From assembly GCA_003669555.1 (NCBI GenBank), contig QWOS01000099.1, forward strand, positions 7,340 through 71,339: DNA of 64,000 nucleotides. Reading direction: 5' to 3'. The translations under genes and the position numbers were made by a program. Below, piece by piece: positions 17,445 through 26,603 of this stretch. Positions within the stretch are counted from its first letter, which is position 1, and each line of letters opens with the position of its first letter. This DNA is from Planctomycetota bacterium. GTDB taxonomy: Bacteria; Planctomycetota; Planctomycetia; Gemmatales; Gemmataceae. A model generated the notes under the pieces. The model was not told where the DNA came from, did not search any database, and saw only the letters and a program-made list of their open reading frames with translations.

Positions 17445-17732
17445 TCAATCCCTTGAAATACTGCCAGGACCGTCACCGGCGGTCTTTTTGTATTTACCCC
17501 CGCCTGCCTTCTTGTACTGCGTAAAACCCAGCCTTTCGAGGTTTTTTGAACTCATGTCAGGCTTGGCAAGGGAACTTCCTGTTTTTGCCCCGGGAACAGA
17601 GAAAATGCGGCGAACCGGACGGCCATCCACCGGATGTGCGGTGAGGGGTTCCTCGTCGAACGACTGCAGGTGCCCAAAAATCTCTCCATCGGTTCCGTCA
17701 GGCAGAATAATGGCATATTCGTACATGGGCAT
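17445..17732 (-). CDS. FmdB-family-like small protein lacking the zinc-ribbon cysteines
   Basis: MPMYEYAI....FGHLQSFDEEPLTAHPVDGRPVRRIFS follows the FmdB template MPxYEY.C..CG..FE..QS..D.PLT.CP.CGG.V.R..S with all four Cys replaced. Confidence 0.6.
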   Translation of the reverse strand: MPMYEYAIILPDGTDGEIFGHLQSFDEEPLTAHPVDGRPVRRIFSVPGAKTGSSLAKPDMSSKNLERLGFTQYKKAGGGKYKKTAGDGPGSISRD

Positions 17733-17827
17733 GGGTACGAGTCCTGTCGGCTGTGAGGTGCTTCTTCCCTTGAATCAATCCGGAAGGGCCAGCATAGCAG
17801 GATATGGTCTCCGATGGTTTTCTGGCC

Positions 17828-19018
17828 TCACTTGCCCGGCCGCCAGTGAGGCCACATGGCACCATGACCCGTTGTCAGCCTGGTGACTGGAGTCTCCTTG
17901 CCCGTAGCCAGATCACGCACCACCATTTGGCGCACACCGCCCCGGCGGGAACCGTAGGCAAGCCATTGGCCATCGGGCGAGGGTGTCGGGTGGTAGTGCC
18001 AGGTGCCGGCCAGCGAACTGGTCAGCTTTTCGGGCGCGCCTTCCAGGCCCACCCGGAACAGTTCAATCGCCTCACCCACCCTGGCAGTGAAAAACACCCC
18101 TTTACCATCCGTCGCCCAGCAAGGGGTATCACTGCTGCCGTTGTGAAAATCAGGCACATCGAGGAACTCGGTCACGCCGCGGTGGCCACCACGGTCCGCC
18201 AGTTTACGCAAGCCCGTACCATCGGCGCGGGCCACATGCGGGTGGCAATTATAATGCTCGCCCGACACAAACAAGACCCATTGGCTGTCAGGTGACCAGG
18301 CGGGGGCAAAGTTGAAAGGATTGCCGGTTTTCACCAGAACCGGATTGGAGCCATCGGCATTGGCGACAAACACCTGGTAGTCTTTGTGATAGGCCACCCG
18401 CTTGCCATCGGGCGAGCTGGAAAACCCGTAAGTGAATCCCGACTTGCCACTGGTGAGATCCACCTTGTTGCCGCCATTGAGATCCATTTTAAAGGGATGG
18501 GAATTGCCGTTGATGAGAGCGGTGAAGCCCAGCCTTTCGGGATCTTTTGGCCAGTAAAAGAGGCCGGTATTGTAGAAACTGACCCGGTTCAGGGCGGTGG
18601 GATTTTCTTTCTTTCCGGTCTCCACATCCACCAGCCACGAATCGAGCAGCCGGGTTTCGGCATTGAAACGAAAGGTCTTGTGCTCCTCTTCCCACGCAGC
18701 ATTTTCCGGACTTTGCCAGGCGGAGACAATGATGGCTTTCCTGCCATCGGGAGACCAACCGGCGAATTGGGTGGAGGTGTCGGGTTTGCTGGCCAGTTCT
18801 TCTGCCACCAGCCGCTGACTGGCCCCGTCGATGCTTGCCACGGCTGCCCGCATGGTGCGGGTATTGGCATGCCTGCCCCCCGGCAGGTCGGTGCGCAGCA
18901 GTGTGAAGCCGATTACCCGAACGGGTTGCGCCTGAACCGGACCACACATGGCCGCTGGCACCGCCAGGCAAACCAGGGTGGCAAAAAGACGGGCTACACA
19001 GGTTCGCGGGCAGCACAT
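17828..19018 (-). CDS. Secreted TolB-like (PD40/WD40-like) beta-propeller protein
   Basis: Signal peptide (LFATLVCLAVPAAMCGPVQAQ) and repeated PD40 motifs: WSPDGRKAII, SSSPDGKRVAY, WSPDSQWVLF, PSPDGQWLAY. Confidence 0.8.
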   Translation of the reverse strand: MCCPRTCVARLFATLVCLAVPAAMCGPVQAQPVRVIGFTLLRTDLPGGRHANTRTMRAAVASIDGASQRLVAEELASKPDTSTQFAGWSPDGRKAIIVSAWQSPENAAWEEEHKTFRFNAETRLLDSWLVDVETGKKENPTALNRVSFYNTGLFYWPKDPERLGFTALINGNSHPFKMDLNGGNKVDLTSGKSGFTYGFSSSPDGKRVAYHKDYQVFVANADGSNPVLVKTGNPFNFAPAWSPDSQWVLFVSGEHYNCHPHVARADGTGLRKLADRGGHRGVTEFLDVPDFHNGSSDTPCWATDGKGVFFTARVGEAIELFRVGLEGAPEKLTSSLAGTWHYHPTPSPDGQWLAYGSRRGGVRQMVVRDLATGKETPVTRLTTGHGAMWPHWRPGK

Positions 19019-19191
19019 GGAGGATCCCCCTCAGGTGGTTCACAGGGCAGGGAAGATATTCTACCATCATCCGGTCCAGGCTGGGAAATCTTGTGTCTGG
19101 TGTGGTTCTTGCCCCCGATCCAACCCTCTTTTCCTGGGCCATCAGCCCTGGAATGGCAACCAATTTCCGGGGCAACCCCGCTGGGAAATTT

Positions 19192-19236
19192 CCTTGAAAA
19201 TACACTATCCCGGGTGATTCATTCACCCGGGATAGT
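19192..19236 (-). terminator. Rho-independent terminator downstream of the chitinase gene
   Basis: Perfect 13-14 bp stem CTATCCCGGGTGA(19205-19217)/TCACCCGGGATAG(19223-19235) with a 5-nt loop. On the minus strand it is followed by GTATTTTCAAGG. Confidence 0.7.
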
Positions 19237-19256
19237 ATGCCTGTCGTTGCGGCCAG

Positions 19257-22200
19257 TTACAGCAGCCGGCCTGCCGCATGACCGGTTAAGGAATCCACCG
19301 AGTTGCTGTCACGCAGATCCGCGTCAGCCTCCCAGAGCATCATGCCGCCCAGCCCTTTGGCAAAAATCAGGTCGATCTTCTTGTCAAGCGACCGGGTGTT
19401 TTCGAAGGTGCTGAACCAGCCTCCCTCCACCGTTTGGGCGTACACATAGGGCACCTGAGTGGCCTCATCGAAATACAGCTTATACACATCGGGCTGGGTT
19501 TTCACCTTGTTGAGGAGGTCCGCATAGTCAACCACTCCCTTCTCCCAGGTGCCAGAACCCGCGCCGGTTGCGGCCTGGTATAGGCCATTATTGGCTGGCC
19601 CCACTCCTGCCCAGGATCGGGCGTAGGTCGGCGCACCCAGGATCAGCTTCGCCGGGTCAATTCCGTCTTTCAGATACATGTCCACGGTGTAGGTGACATT
19701 GTATTGGGCGTCGATAGTGCCCAGGCGGGAGGGGTCGGCAGCCATCGGTGCCAAAGCATTGGTAGTATTCTCCCAGGCGCCGTGGTAGTCATAGGACATG
19801 ATGTTGATCCAGTCGAGAGTCTTCGCCAACTCGCCCATCTCGAAATTGGCGTACTTGTCGTAGCCGGCAGGCGCGGCGATGGTGATCAGCCAGTCGCGCT
19901 TGTCGGTTACTTCCTGGATATCGAATTGCCGGCGGATCTCTTTTACAAGCAGCGTGTAGTTCTGCTTGTCTTCGGGTCGGTATCTGTTGTTTGCCAGACC
20001 ACCGCTGACAGGATATTCCCAGTCAAGATCCACCCCATCGAATCCGTACTTTTTGCAAAACGACACACAGGAGGCTGCGAATTTCTCGCGCGATGCCGCT
20101 GTTAGCGCCACATCGCTGAACTTGTCGGACAGGGTCCAGCCACCAATGGAAATCAGCACTTCCAGGTTGGGATGGGCATCCTGCAAGCGCTTCAGGGCAC
20201 CGTAGTTGCCCCGAATGGGAGTATCCCAGGCATCGGGTCCGAATGGTTTCTCCACCGCCGCCCAACTGTCAAACACGCCCACTTCGCCCGTGTCGGTGAT
20301 TTTGGCAAAGGCATAGTTCACCGTGGTGAGCTTGTCTACAGGCAGGTCGGCCACGGTGTAGTTACGGTCGTAGATACCCCATTCCGCGAAATAACTGACC
20401 ACCCGTTTGGCAGCGGTACCTCCCCCTCCGGCAGGTGGTGTCACGGGATCTGTGTCGTCATTGCTGATAGTGCCAGTGGCATTCGCTGTGGCGATGGTGG
20501 CACCTGTGGCGGCGGAAAGCGCCAGGGTGAAGGTTTCATTCCCCTCGACTGTGGTGTCCCCATTCACCAGCACGCTCACCGTGGCCTCGGTCTGACCCGC
20601 GGCGATAGTCACCTTTTTGGCAACCAGTTCCTGGTAGTCCGATCCCGCTGTGGCGGTGCCATTCTGGGTGTTGACGGTGAAGCTGACAGTTGAAGCTGCC
20701 GCCGCCGAAAGCTTCACTTTAAAATCCAGGCTCACTGTCCCGCTATTGCCTTCTGAAACAGTCAGATTGGCCACTGTCAAAGAGGGCGTGGTGCCGACAG
20801 TTCCACCACCACCCGTGGTGGTGAATGGTTTGAAGATACCGGAAAATTCATAGGGAGTCTGCAAAATACTTGATGAGAAGTTGTCAACTTGCGTCAGCAC
20901 GCCTTTCGCGTTTTGCAAATCACGGTTCAGCGACCAGAATGAAAGCTCACCCAGGCCTTTCTGCTGGGCAAAAGCCAGCACTTCGCGTGCTTCCTGCTGA
21001 TCGAAAACCTCAGTGGTCAGGTCATTGAGACCAATCATGGGTGTGATACCCACCATGCTCCAGATTTTGGCATCGGAGAAGCCCGCATAGATCTGCTTGA
21101 GTTGACCATGCAGGCTGTTAGCTGCCTGGATGGCGTAATCACCCATTTTGCCAACGGGATTGGGCGCTGCTGAATCACCATAGTCCATGGCCATGATATT
21201 CACACCACCCAGCCGAACCCCTGCCTTGAAAGCGCTCTGCACAGCGTAGGTGCCATCGGCTGTCAATCCGGTGGGCAGCACTGGCAGAGTCAGCCAGACT
21301 TCTAGCGGCTTGCCAGCCTTTAACATGTCGGCCTGGATCTCCGCCAGCACCGTAGAACGGCGGTCGATGACGGTTTTGTTGGCCAGCGCGCCGCCTTCGA
21401 TATCAAAATCGATCCGCTTCAGGTCGTAGGTATTGATAACCTGCATGTAGGCAGCCTTCAGGGCAGCTTTGTCGCTGAGCACCTCGGCCATCTCCTGGTT
21501 TGCGGCACCACCGAAAGAGACATTCACATCGCCACCCAGGGCGCGAATGGAACCGATCTGGGCCCGCATTTTCAGGTCAAAGGCCTGACCATCAACTTCA
21601 TAGGTTGTGAACCCACCCCAGGCGGGCTTGTTGGCGGATGTGGCGGTGATGAAACCCAGCGAAAAGTAACGCAGCCCTTGCTCATTGGCAACCTTGACCA
21701 TATCCATGGTGGGCCAAAGTGTCGTATCGACATAGGGGGCGAACACCTGGCCTGGCCAGGCTTTCACGCCATCGGCGAGCAGATTGACGGTGACGCTGGC
21801 TGAGGCGGTGAGGCCGGCGGGATCGCTGATGGTGTAACTGAATGAGTCGGTACCCGTGAAGCTGGCTCCCGGAGCATATAGCACTGTGCCATCGGCCTTC
21901 ACCGTAGTTGTGCCGAAAGCACCCGCCGTCGCTGATTTCACTGCCAGTTTGTCGTTGTCGGGATCGGTGTCGTTGGCCAGGACGCTAACAGTGGCGCTGC
22001 CTCCGGGGATTACCCAGGCTGTGTCGGCCACAGCGGTAGGCGCCCGATTGGGAGTTGTCACTCCACCTCCGCCCCCGGTGGAAGTTCCGTTCAGCACAAA
22101 GTTGGTAGGGGTTTTATTCTTCACGCCCGGGACGCCATTGAACCCGAAGCTGATGGAGCCACCCGCCGGTATGGAGCTATTCCAGGCCTCAGGTTTGATG

Positions 22201-23177
22201 GACCATTGATCGCCACTGTGCGACCCTACCACCGCATTCCAAATGGCCGTGACCTGACCATCGAAGGTCCAGCCGAGCGACCAGGGATTCATCGTTGCGT
22301 TGGTGGTATTGGTGATGGTGACCGTGGCTGTATAGCCGCTGCCCCAGTCGCTGGTGATTTCCAGCTTCACCGCGCCAGCCGTTGCTGGAGGTGGCGTGAC
22401 TGCCGCATCATCATTGGTGATGGTGCCCGTGCCCGTACCTGTAGCCACGGTAGCCCCAACCGGGCTGGAAAGTTTCAGTGATACCGTTTCATCCGCCTCG
22501 ACAACCGTATCCCCCAGCACGGGTACCCGGACCGTTTTGGATACCTCGCCGGGCTTGAAGGTGAGGGTGCCGGTGGTCTTGGTGTAGTCTGATGCCTCGG
22601 TGGCTGTGCCTGCGGCAGTTGCGTAGTTCACGGTCACATTCTGGGTGCTTGCGGCCGAAAGGGTGATCACATAATCGAGCCCGCTGGTGCCGCCGCTATT
22701 TCCTTCAGCCACTTTGGGGCTACTGACAGCCAGAGTCGGCAGCAGAGGGGTCACCGGCGTGGTGCCACCCGAGGCGAAACCATTCAGTTTGTAGTTGGCA
22801 GGGGGCAGGCGATCCGTGCCTGGCGCACCAACAAAGCCAAAAGTGATCGAACCCGAACCGGGGATGTCTTTGCTCCAGCCCGGGCCATTGATCACATAGT
22901 GGCTGCCGACATGGCTGGCGATCTGGGCATCCCAGATGGAATTGATTTGGGAGGCGTAATCGAACTCGAGCTTCCAGCCCGTAACTGGAATCTTGTCCAG
23001 ATTGGTCACCTTCACGGCTGCCTGGAATCCACTGACCCAATCATTGGTGATGGCGAAATCGACCGAAAAACTGGCAGGCACCAAACGGCTTTCCAGCGCC
23101 ATCAGTGCAGGCTGGAAGCTGGAAGGGGAAATCGAACGCTTGCGACCAAAAACAGAGATATCGTTAATTCTATTCAC
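19257..23177 (-). CDS. Multidomain secreted chitinase: CBM2, Calx-beta, CBM2, cadherin-like, GH18 (DxDxE type), Calx-beta, GH18 (DGxDxDWEYP type)
   Basis: GH18-B has GFDGVDLDWEYP (aa 1045-1056) plus SYFAEWGIY and MSYDYHG. GH18-A has RIDFDIEGG (aa 588-596). Two Calx-beta modules carry ..SDY...G.L.F.PGE..K.V.V...GD...E..E.F.L.L. Two CBM2-like modules are present (DWVSGFQAAVKVTN.., DWGSGYTATVTITN..). GTG start at 23177 with GGAG upstream. Confidence 0.88.
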   Translation of the reverse strand: MNRINDISVFGRKRSISPSSFQPALMALESRLVPASFSVDFAITNDWVSGFQAAVKVTNLDKIPVTGWKLEFDYASQINSIWDAQIASHVGSHYVINGPGWSKDIPGSGSITFGFVGAPGTDRLPPANYKLNGFASGGTTPVTPLLPTLAVSSPKVAEGNSGGTSGLDYVITLSAASTQNVTVNYATAAGTATEASDYTKTTGTLTFKPGEVSKTVRVPVLGDTVVEADETVSLKLSSPVGATVATGTGTGTITNDDAAVTPPPATAGAVKLEITSDWGSGYTATVTITNTTNATMNPWSLGWTFDGQVTAIWNAVVGSHSGDQWSIKPEAWNSSIPAGGSISFGFNGVPGVKNKTPTNFVLNGTSTGGGGGVTTPNRAPTAVADTAWVIPGGSATVSVLANDTDPDNDKLAVKSATAGAFGTTTVKADGTVLYAPGASFTGTDSFSYTISDPAGLTASASVTVNLLADGVKAWPGQVFAPYVDTTLWPTMDMVKVANEQGLRYFSLGFITATSANKPAWGGFTTYEVDGQAFDLKMRAQIGSIRALGGDVNVSFGGAANQEMAEVLSDKAALKAAYMQVINTYDLKRIDFDIEGGALANKTVIDRRSTVLAEIQADMLKAGKPLEVWLTLPVLPTGLTADGTYAVQSAFKAGVRLGGVNIMAMDYGDSAAPNPVGKMGDYAIQAANSLHGQLKQIYAGFSDAKIWSMVGITPMIGLNDLTTEVFDQQEAREVLAFAQQKGLGELSFWSLNRDLQNAKGVLTQVDNFSSSILQTPYEFSGIFKPFTTTGGGGTVGTTPSLTVANLTVSEGNSGTVSLDFKVKLSAAAASTVSFTVNTQNGTATAGSDYQELVAKKVTIAAGQTEATVSVLVNGDTTVEGNETFTLALSAATGATIATANATGTISNDDTDPVTPPAGGGGTAAKRVVSYFAEWGIYDRNYTVADLPVDKLTTVNYAFAKITDTGEVGVFDSWAAVEKPFGPDAWDTPIRGNYGALKRLQDAHPNLEVLISIGGWTLSDKFSDVALTAASREKFAASCVSFCKKYGFDGVDLDWEYPVSGGLANNRYRPEDKQNYTLLVKEIRRQFDIQEVTDKRDWLITIAAPAGYDKYANFEMGELAKTLDWINIMSYDYHGAWENTTNALAPMAADPSRLGTIDAQYNVTYTVDMYLKDGIDPAKLILGAPTYARSWAGVGPANNGLYQAATGAGSGTWEKGVVDYADLLNKVKTQPDVYKLYFDEATQVPYVYAQTVEGGWFSTFENTRSLDKKIDLIFAKGLGGMMLWEADADLRDSNSVDSLTGHAAGRLL

Positions 23178-23573
23178 AACAATACTCCAAGTTAAAAATG
23201 TTCTCGTATAGTCTAGTACATCACTATAATTTTCTAATTGATATTTAGTGATGCACGATGAAATCTAGGTCACGAATGGAGTGAAAGTCAAAAAAAGAAA
23301 TAAAAAAAGCTGCTGCCGCTTTTTCTCTGGGAAAATCCGCACTTGGGTGCTTTTTGAACCTTGGCCAAGCTTGCCGAATGCACCCTGGCTGGCCCATTCC
23401 ACCTAAATTTTATTACTAAAGCCCGAGCAACAATTGCCGACATGCATATATCACAAAAATTGGTATAAACTGCCATTACAAGACCAGAGCATGCATGGGC
23501 TAATATCAGCAACACCATGCGATATCAGGAGAAAAGGTGCTGCCAAGGCAACTTTGAAACAAGGGTAGGGAAA

Positions 23574-25889
23574 TCATCCAGGCTTGCTGGCTGATTTGAC
23601 TGACCCGGGTTCCTGCTCGGCTAGAGGTCCTGTAAGAAATACCACACGACCTGTGACGATATCGTACAAGGCCCCCACCACCGCCACCTTGCCAGCTTCA
23701 ACCAGCTGCCGTATCACCCCACTGTCCCGGAGAATGTGATGCACCGAATGAAGCACATTGCGTCTGGCCACGCGATCACCAAAACTACTGTCAGGCCACT
23801 GGCCAGGTTCTTTGTCCCGCATCCGGGTGGCAGCAACCGCCGTGCAGATATCTTTTACAATTGGCTCCAGATTAATAGACAATACCGGCTGCTCGCTGCC
23901 TGGCTCGGCCATGACACGGGCCACCGCTGCCGCAATAGCCCCGCACTGGGTGTGCCCCAGCACAACAATCAATTTGGCACCGGCTACTGCGCAACCATAT
24001 TCCAGGCTACCGAGGATCTTGGGGCTGGTCACATTGCCAGCCACCCGCACGCTGAGAATATCCCCCAGGCCAAGATCGAAAAGAATTTCTGCAGGACTAC
24101 GCGAATCCATGCAACTGAGCACCACGGCCAACGGATGTTGGCCACCTGAAGTGGCCAGGACTTCCCGGTTGAAATCGCGCGACAACCGGTTGCCGGTCCG
24201 AAACCGCAAATTGCCAGCAGCCAGCAGATCCAGAACCTCTTGCCAACCCATCTTTTCCTGGATACTTTGCGTGGCATGTTCCGCATAAAGAATCCTGTCG
24301 GGAAACCCGAAACGGTCGCGGAAGCCACGCAGGCTCAATTGGATGCCACGCGCCGGGGCCTTGCGGTCACGAAACTCGCAGATCATTTCCAGCACATCAG
24401 GATCAATATAAACAGTCTGGCTCGCATCGATGAGCAAATGGGCCCCGGCGGGCACTGATCCGAGTGCCTGGCAAAGTGCCCCGCGGTTGAGAAAGCTGAC
24501 CTGATTGGCCAACAAGAAACGGATCAACTCTGTCTCGTGATGTTTTTCAATCACGCGCCAGAGTGGTCGACGGATATTGCTGGCCAATATGAAAGCCAGA
24601 CCTACCATCAAACCGACGAGCACCCCTATCAGAAGGTCGGTGAACAGAATAGCAACAACAGTTGTCATGAAAGGCAAAAACCGGTATTTCCCACCCCGCC
24701 ACATCTCCAGAAAAACCTTGGGACTAGCCAATTTGTATCCGGTCATCAGCAAGATTGCCGCCAGGCAGGAAATGGGAATTCGCCCAAGCAGATCCGGCAG
24801 CAGCCAAACGCTCAGGAGCAACAACAAGCCATGGAAGATCGTCGCAAGGCGGGAGCGACCGCCAGCGTTGATATTGACGGAGCTGCGAACAATCACAGAT
24901 GTGACCGGCAAACCGCCGATCAATCCGGACAGGATATTACCAGCACCCTGAGCCAACAGCTCGCGATTGGGACTGGATAGACGCTGTTGCGGATCGAGCT
25001 TGTCCACCGCTTCCAGATTGAGGAGGGTTTCCAGGGATGCCACCAGGGCCAGGGTAACCCCGGCGGTCCAGATGGCTGGTTCGGCCCAGCGACTGAAATC
25101 CGGATGTACCATAAAATTGGCCAGCGCTTTGAAATCCTGCACCAAAGGCACTACCACCAGGTGATCCAGACCGATGGCCCATGTCTCGCTCATGCCCCGG
25201 AAAAGTTCCACTGCCAGGATGCCCAGTATGACCACCACCAAAGGCGCCGGGAGCTTTGAAAGGTAGGGAACCCTGATTTTGTCCCACACAATCAGAACCG
25301 CCAGGGAAAAAAAACCAATCGTGGCGGCACCCAGGTGCCAATCCCCGAATATCTGCCACAGCTCGGTGAAAGTGTTCTCGTTATCGGGTTGGCTGAATGA
25401 CATTTCCCCATCAGGATCCGGGTCATGCCCGAAAAGGTGGGGAAACTGCTTGAGGATCAGGATCAGGCCAATGGATGAAAGCAGCCCCTGAATGACACTG
25501 GAGGGAAAAAAGGAAGCAATAAACCCCGCGCGTAAAGCCCCCAGGAGGAGCTGAATAACCCCCGCAATAACCAGGGCAAGCAAAAACCCCTCCAGGGAAC
25601 CAAGGCTGGCAACCTGTGCTGCAACCACGGCAGTAAGGCCAGCCGCTGGCCCACTCACGCTCGTGTGCGAACTACTCAGGGTACCCACTACAAGGCCACC
25701 CACGATCCCGGCAATCAAACCTGCGACCGGAGGAACCCCACAGGCCAAAGCTACCCCGAGGCACAGGGGCAACGCCACCAGAAATACCACCAGTCCCGCC
25801 ACCAAATCTTGTTGCAGCCCCTGAACAGTTGAAAAAAAAACAGCCGCAGGCGCTGACAACTTGTCATCCCAAGTCGAGTCCTTCGCCAT
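23574..25889 (-). CDS. SulP-family anion transporter fused to a C-terminal beta-carbonic anhydrase
   Basis: N-terminal polytopic SulP region (LVAGLVVFLVALPLCLGVALACGVPPVAGLIAGIVGG). The C-terminus has beta-CA motifs (SCMDSRSPAE, VLGHTQCGAI). Confidence 0.85.
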   Translation of the reverse strand: MAKDSTWDDKLSAPAAVFFSTVQGLQQDLVAGLVVFLVALPLCLGVALACGVPPVAGLIAGIVGGLVVGTLSSSHTSVSGPAAGLTAVVAAQVASLGSLEGFLLALVIAGVIQLLLGALRAGFIASFFPSSVIQGLLSSIGLILILKQFPHLFGHDPDPDGEMSFSQPDNENTFTELWQIFGDWHLGAATIGFFSLAVLIVWDKIRVPYLSKLPAPLVVVILGILAVELFRGMSETWAIGLDHLVVVPLVQDFKALANFMVHPDFSRWAEPAIWTAGVTLALVASLETLLNLEAVDKLDPQQRLSSPNRELLAQGAGNILSGLIGGLPVTSVIVRSSVNINAGGRSRLATIFHGLLLLLSVWLLPDLLGRIPISCLAAILLMTGYKLASPKVFLEMWRGGKYRFLPFMTTVVAILFTDLLIGVLVGLMVGLAFILASNIRRPLWRVIEKHHETELIRFLLANQVSFLNRGALCQALGSVPAGAHLLIDASQTVYIDPDVLEMICEFRDRKAPARGIQLSLRGFRDRFGFPDRILYAEHATQSIQEKMGWQEVLDLLAAGNLRFRTGNRLSRDFNREVLATSGGQHPLAVVLSCMDSRSPAEILFDLGLGDILSVRVAGNVTSPKILGSLEYGCAVAGAKLIVVLGHTQCGAIAAAVARVMAEPGSEQPVLSINLEPIVKDICTAVAATRMRDKEPGQWPDSSFGDRVARRNVLHSVHHILRDSGVIRQLVEAGKVAVVGALYDIVTGRVVFLTGPLAEQEPGSVKSASKPG

Positions 25890-26603
25890 GAAAACCTCAA
25901 AAAAGGAAGTACGAAAGGGCTTCCAACCGAAATCATTGGCTCAGCCTAAAGCTTGCTTTACCTTAATTTATAAAGAAAAAGCAAGCTTACGCAAGGCAAT
26001 GTCACTTGTAAAAGTTCCATCCTGACTCGGTTCAAACAATTCGTCCCATAACCGGCAATTCCTTTTCAGGGCCACCGGCCTGGGTTTTCCCCCTGGACTC
26101 ATAATTGATCATTGTCTGGTTGCAAGCCGCTGGGTCACGCTGTTCCATAGTGGAGGTGGGTTTCCCTCAATCTGGCCCCCTTTGCCTACGCCAGCGGGAA
26201 AAAACAGCATGGCCCAAGATGCGGGATGGCAAATTGCCATTGATTGAGCAAACCCGTCGTGCTGTTCCTGCGTAGGGTAATCAGCAATGGGCTACATGCT
26301 TTTCCTGGCAGCCCAAGTGGGCGTAACCATGCGAGACATTGGACAGCAAGCGGGGCGCTGCGATTATTCTGACTGTGCCGGTGGCTGAACTGGATGACAG
26401 GAATACCACCAAATATTTTTGAATTCTTGCTTATCCGTGAAAAATTCACGGCAAACTTGCCGCTCTTTTGCGTGCCGGCAGATTAATTTGAAACAGCTTT
26501 TTGGTGTGGGAGCATGCTTGTGCGCAAGCTACGGCGTTTTTTCGTTCCATAGGTGCAACAGGGCAAGACTTCCTGGTCTAAACCAGCAGAAAGGGACATC
26601 ATC

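Noticed and set aside
23288-23518. 76-aa minus-strand ORF in the AT-rich spacer
   Set aside because: It has odd composition, no motifs and no ribosome-binding context. The region is better explained as a terminator plus promoter spacer between the SulP-CA and chitinase genes.
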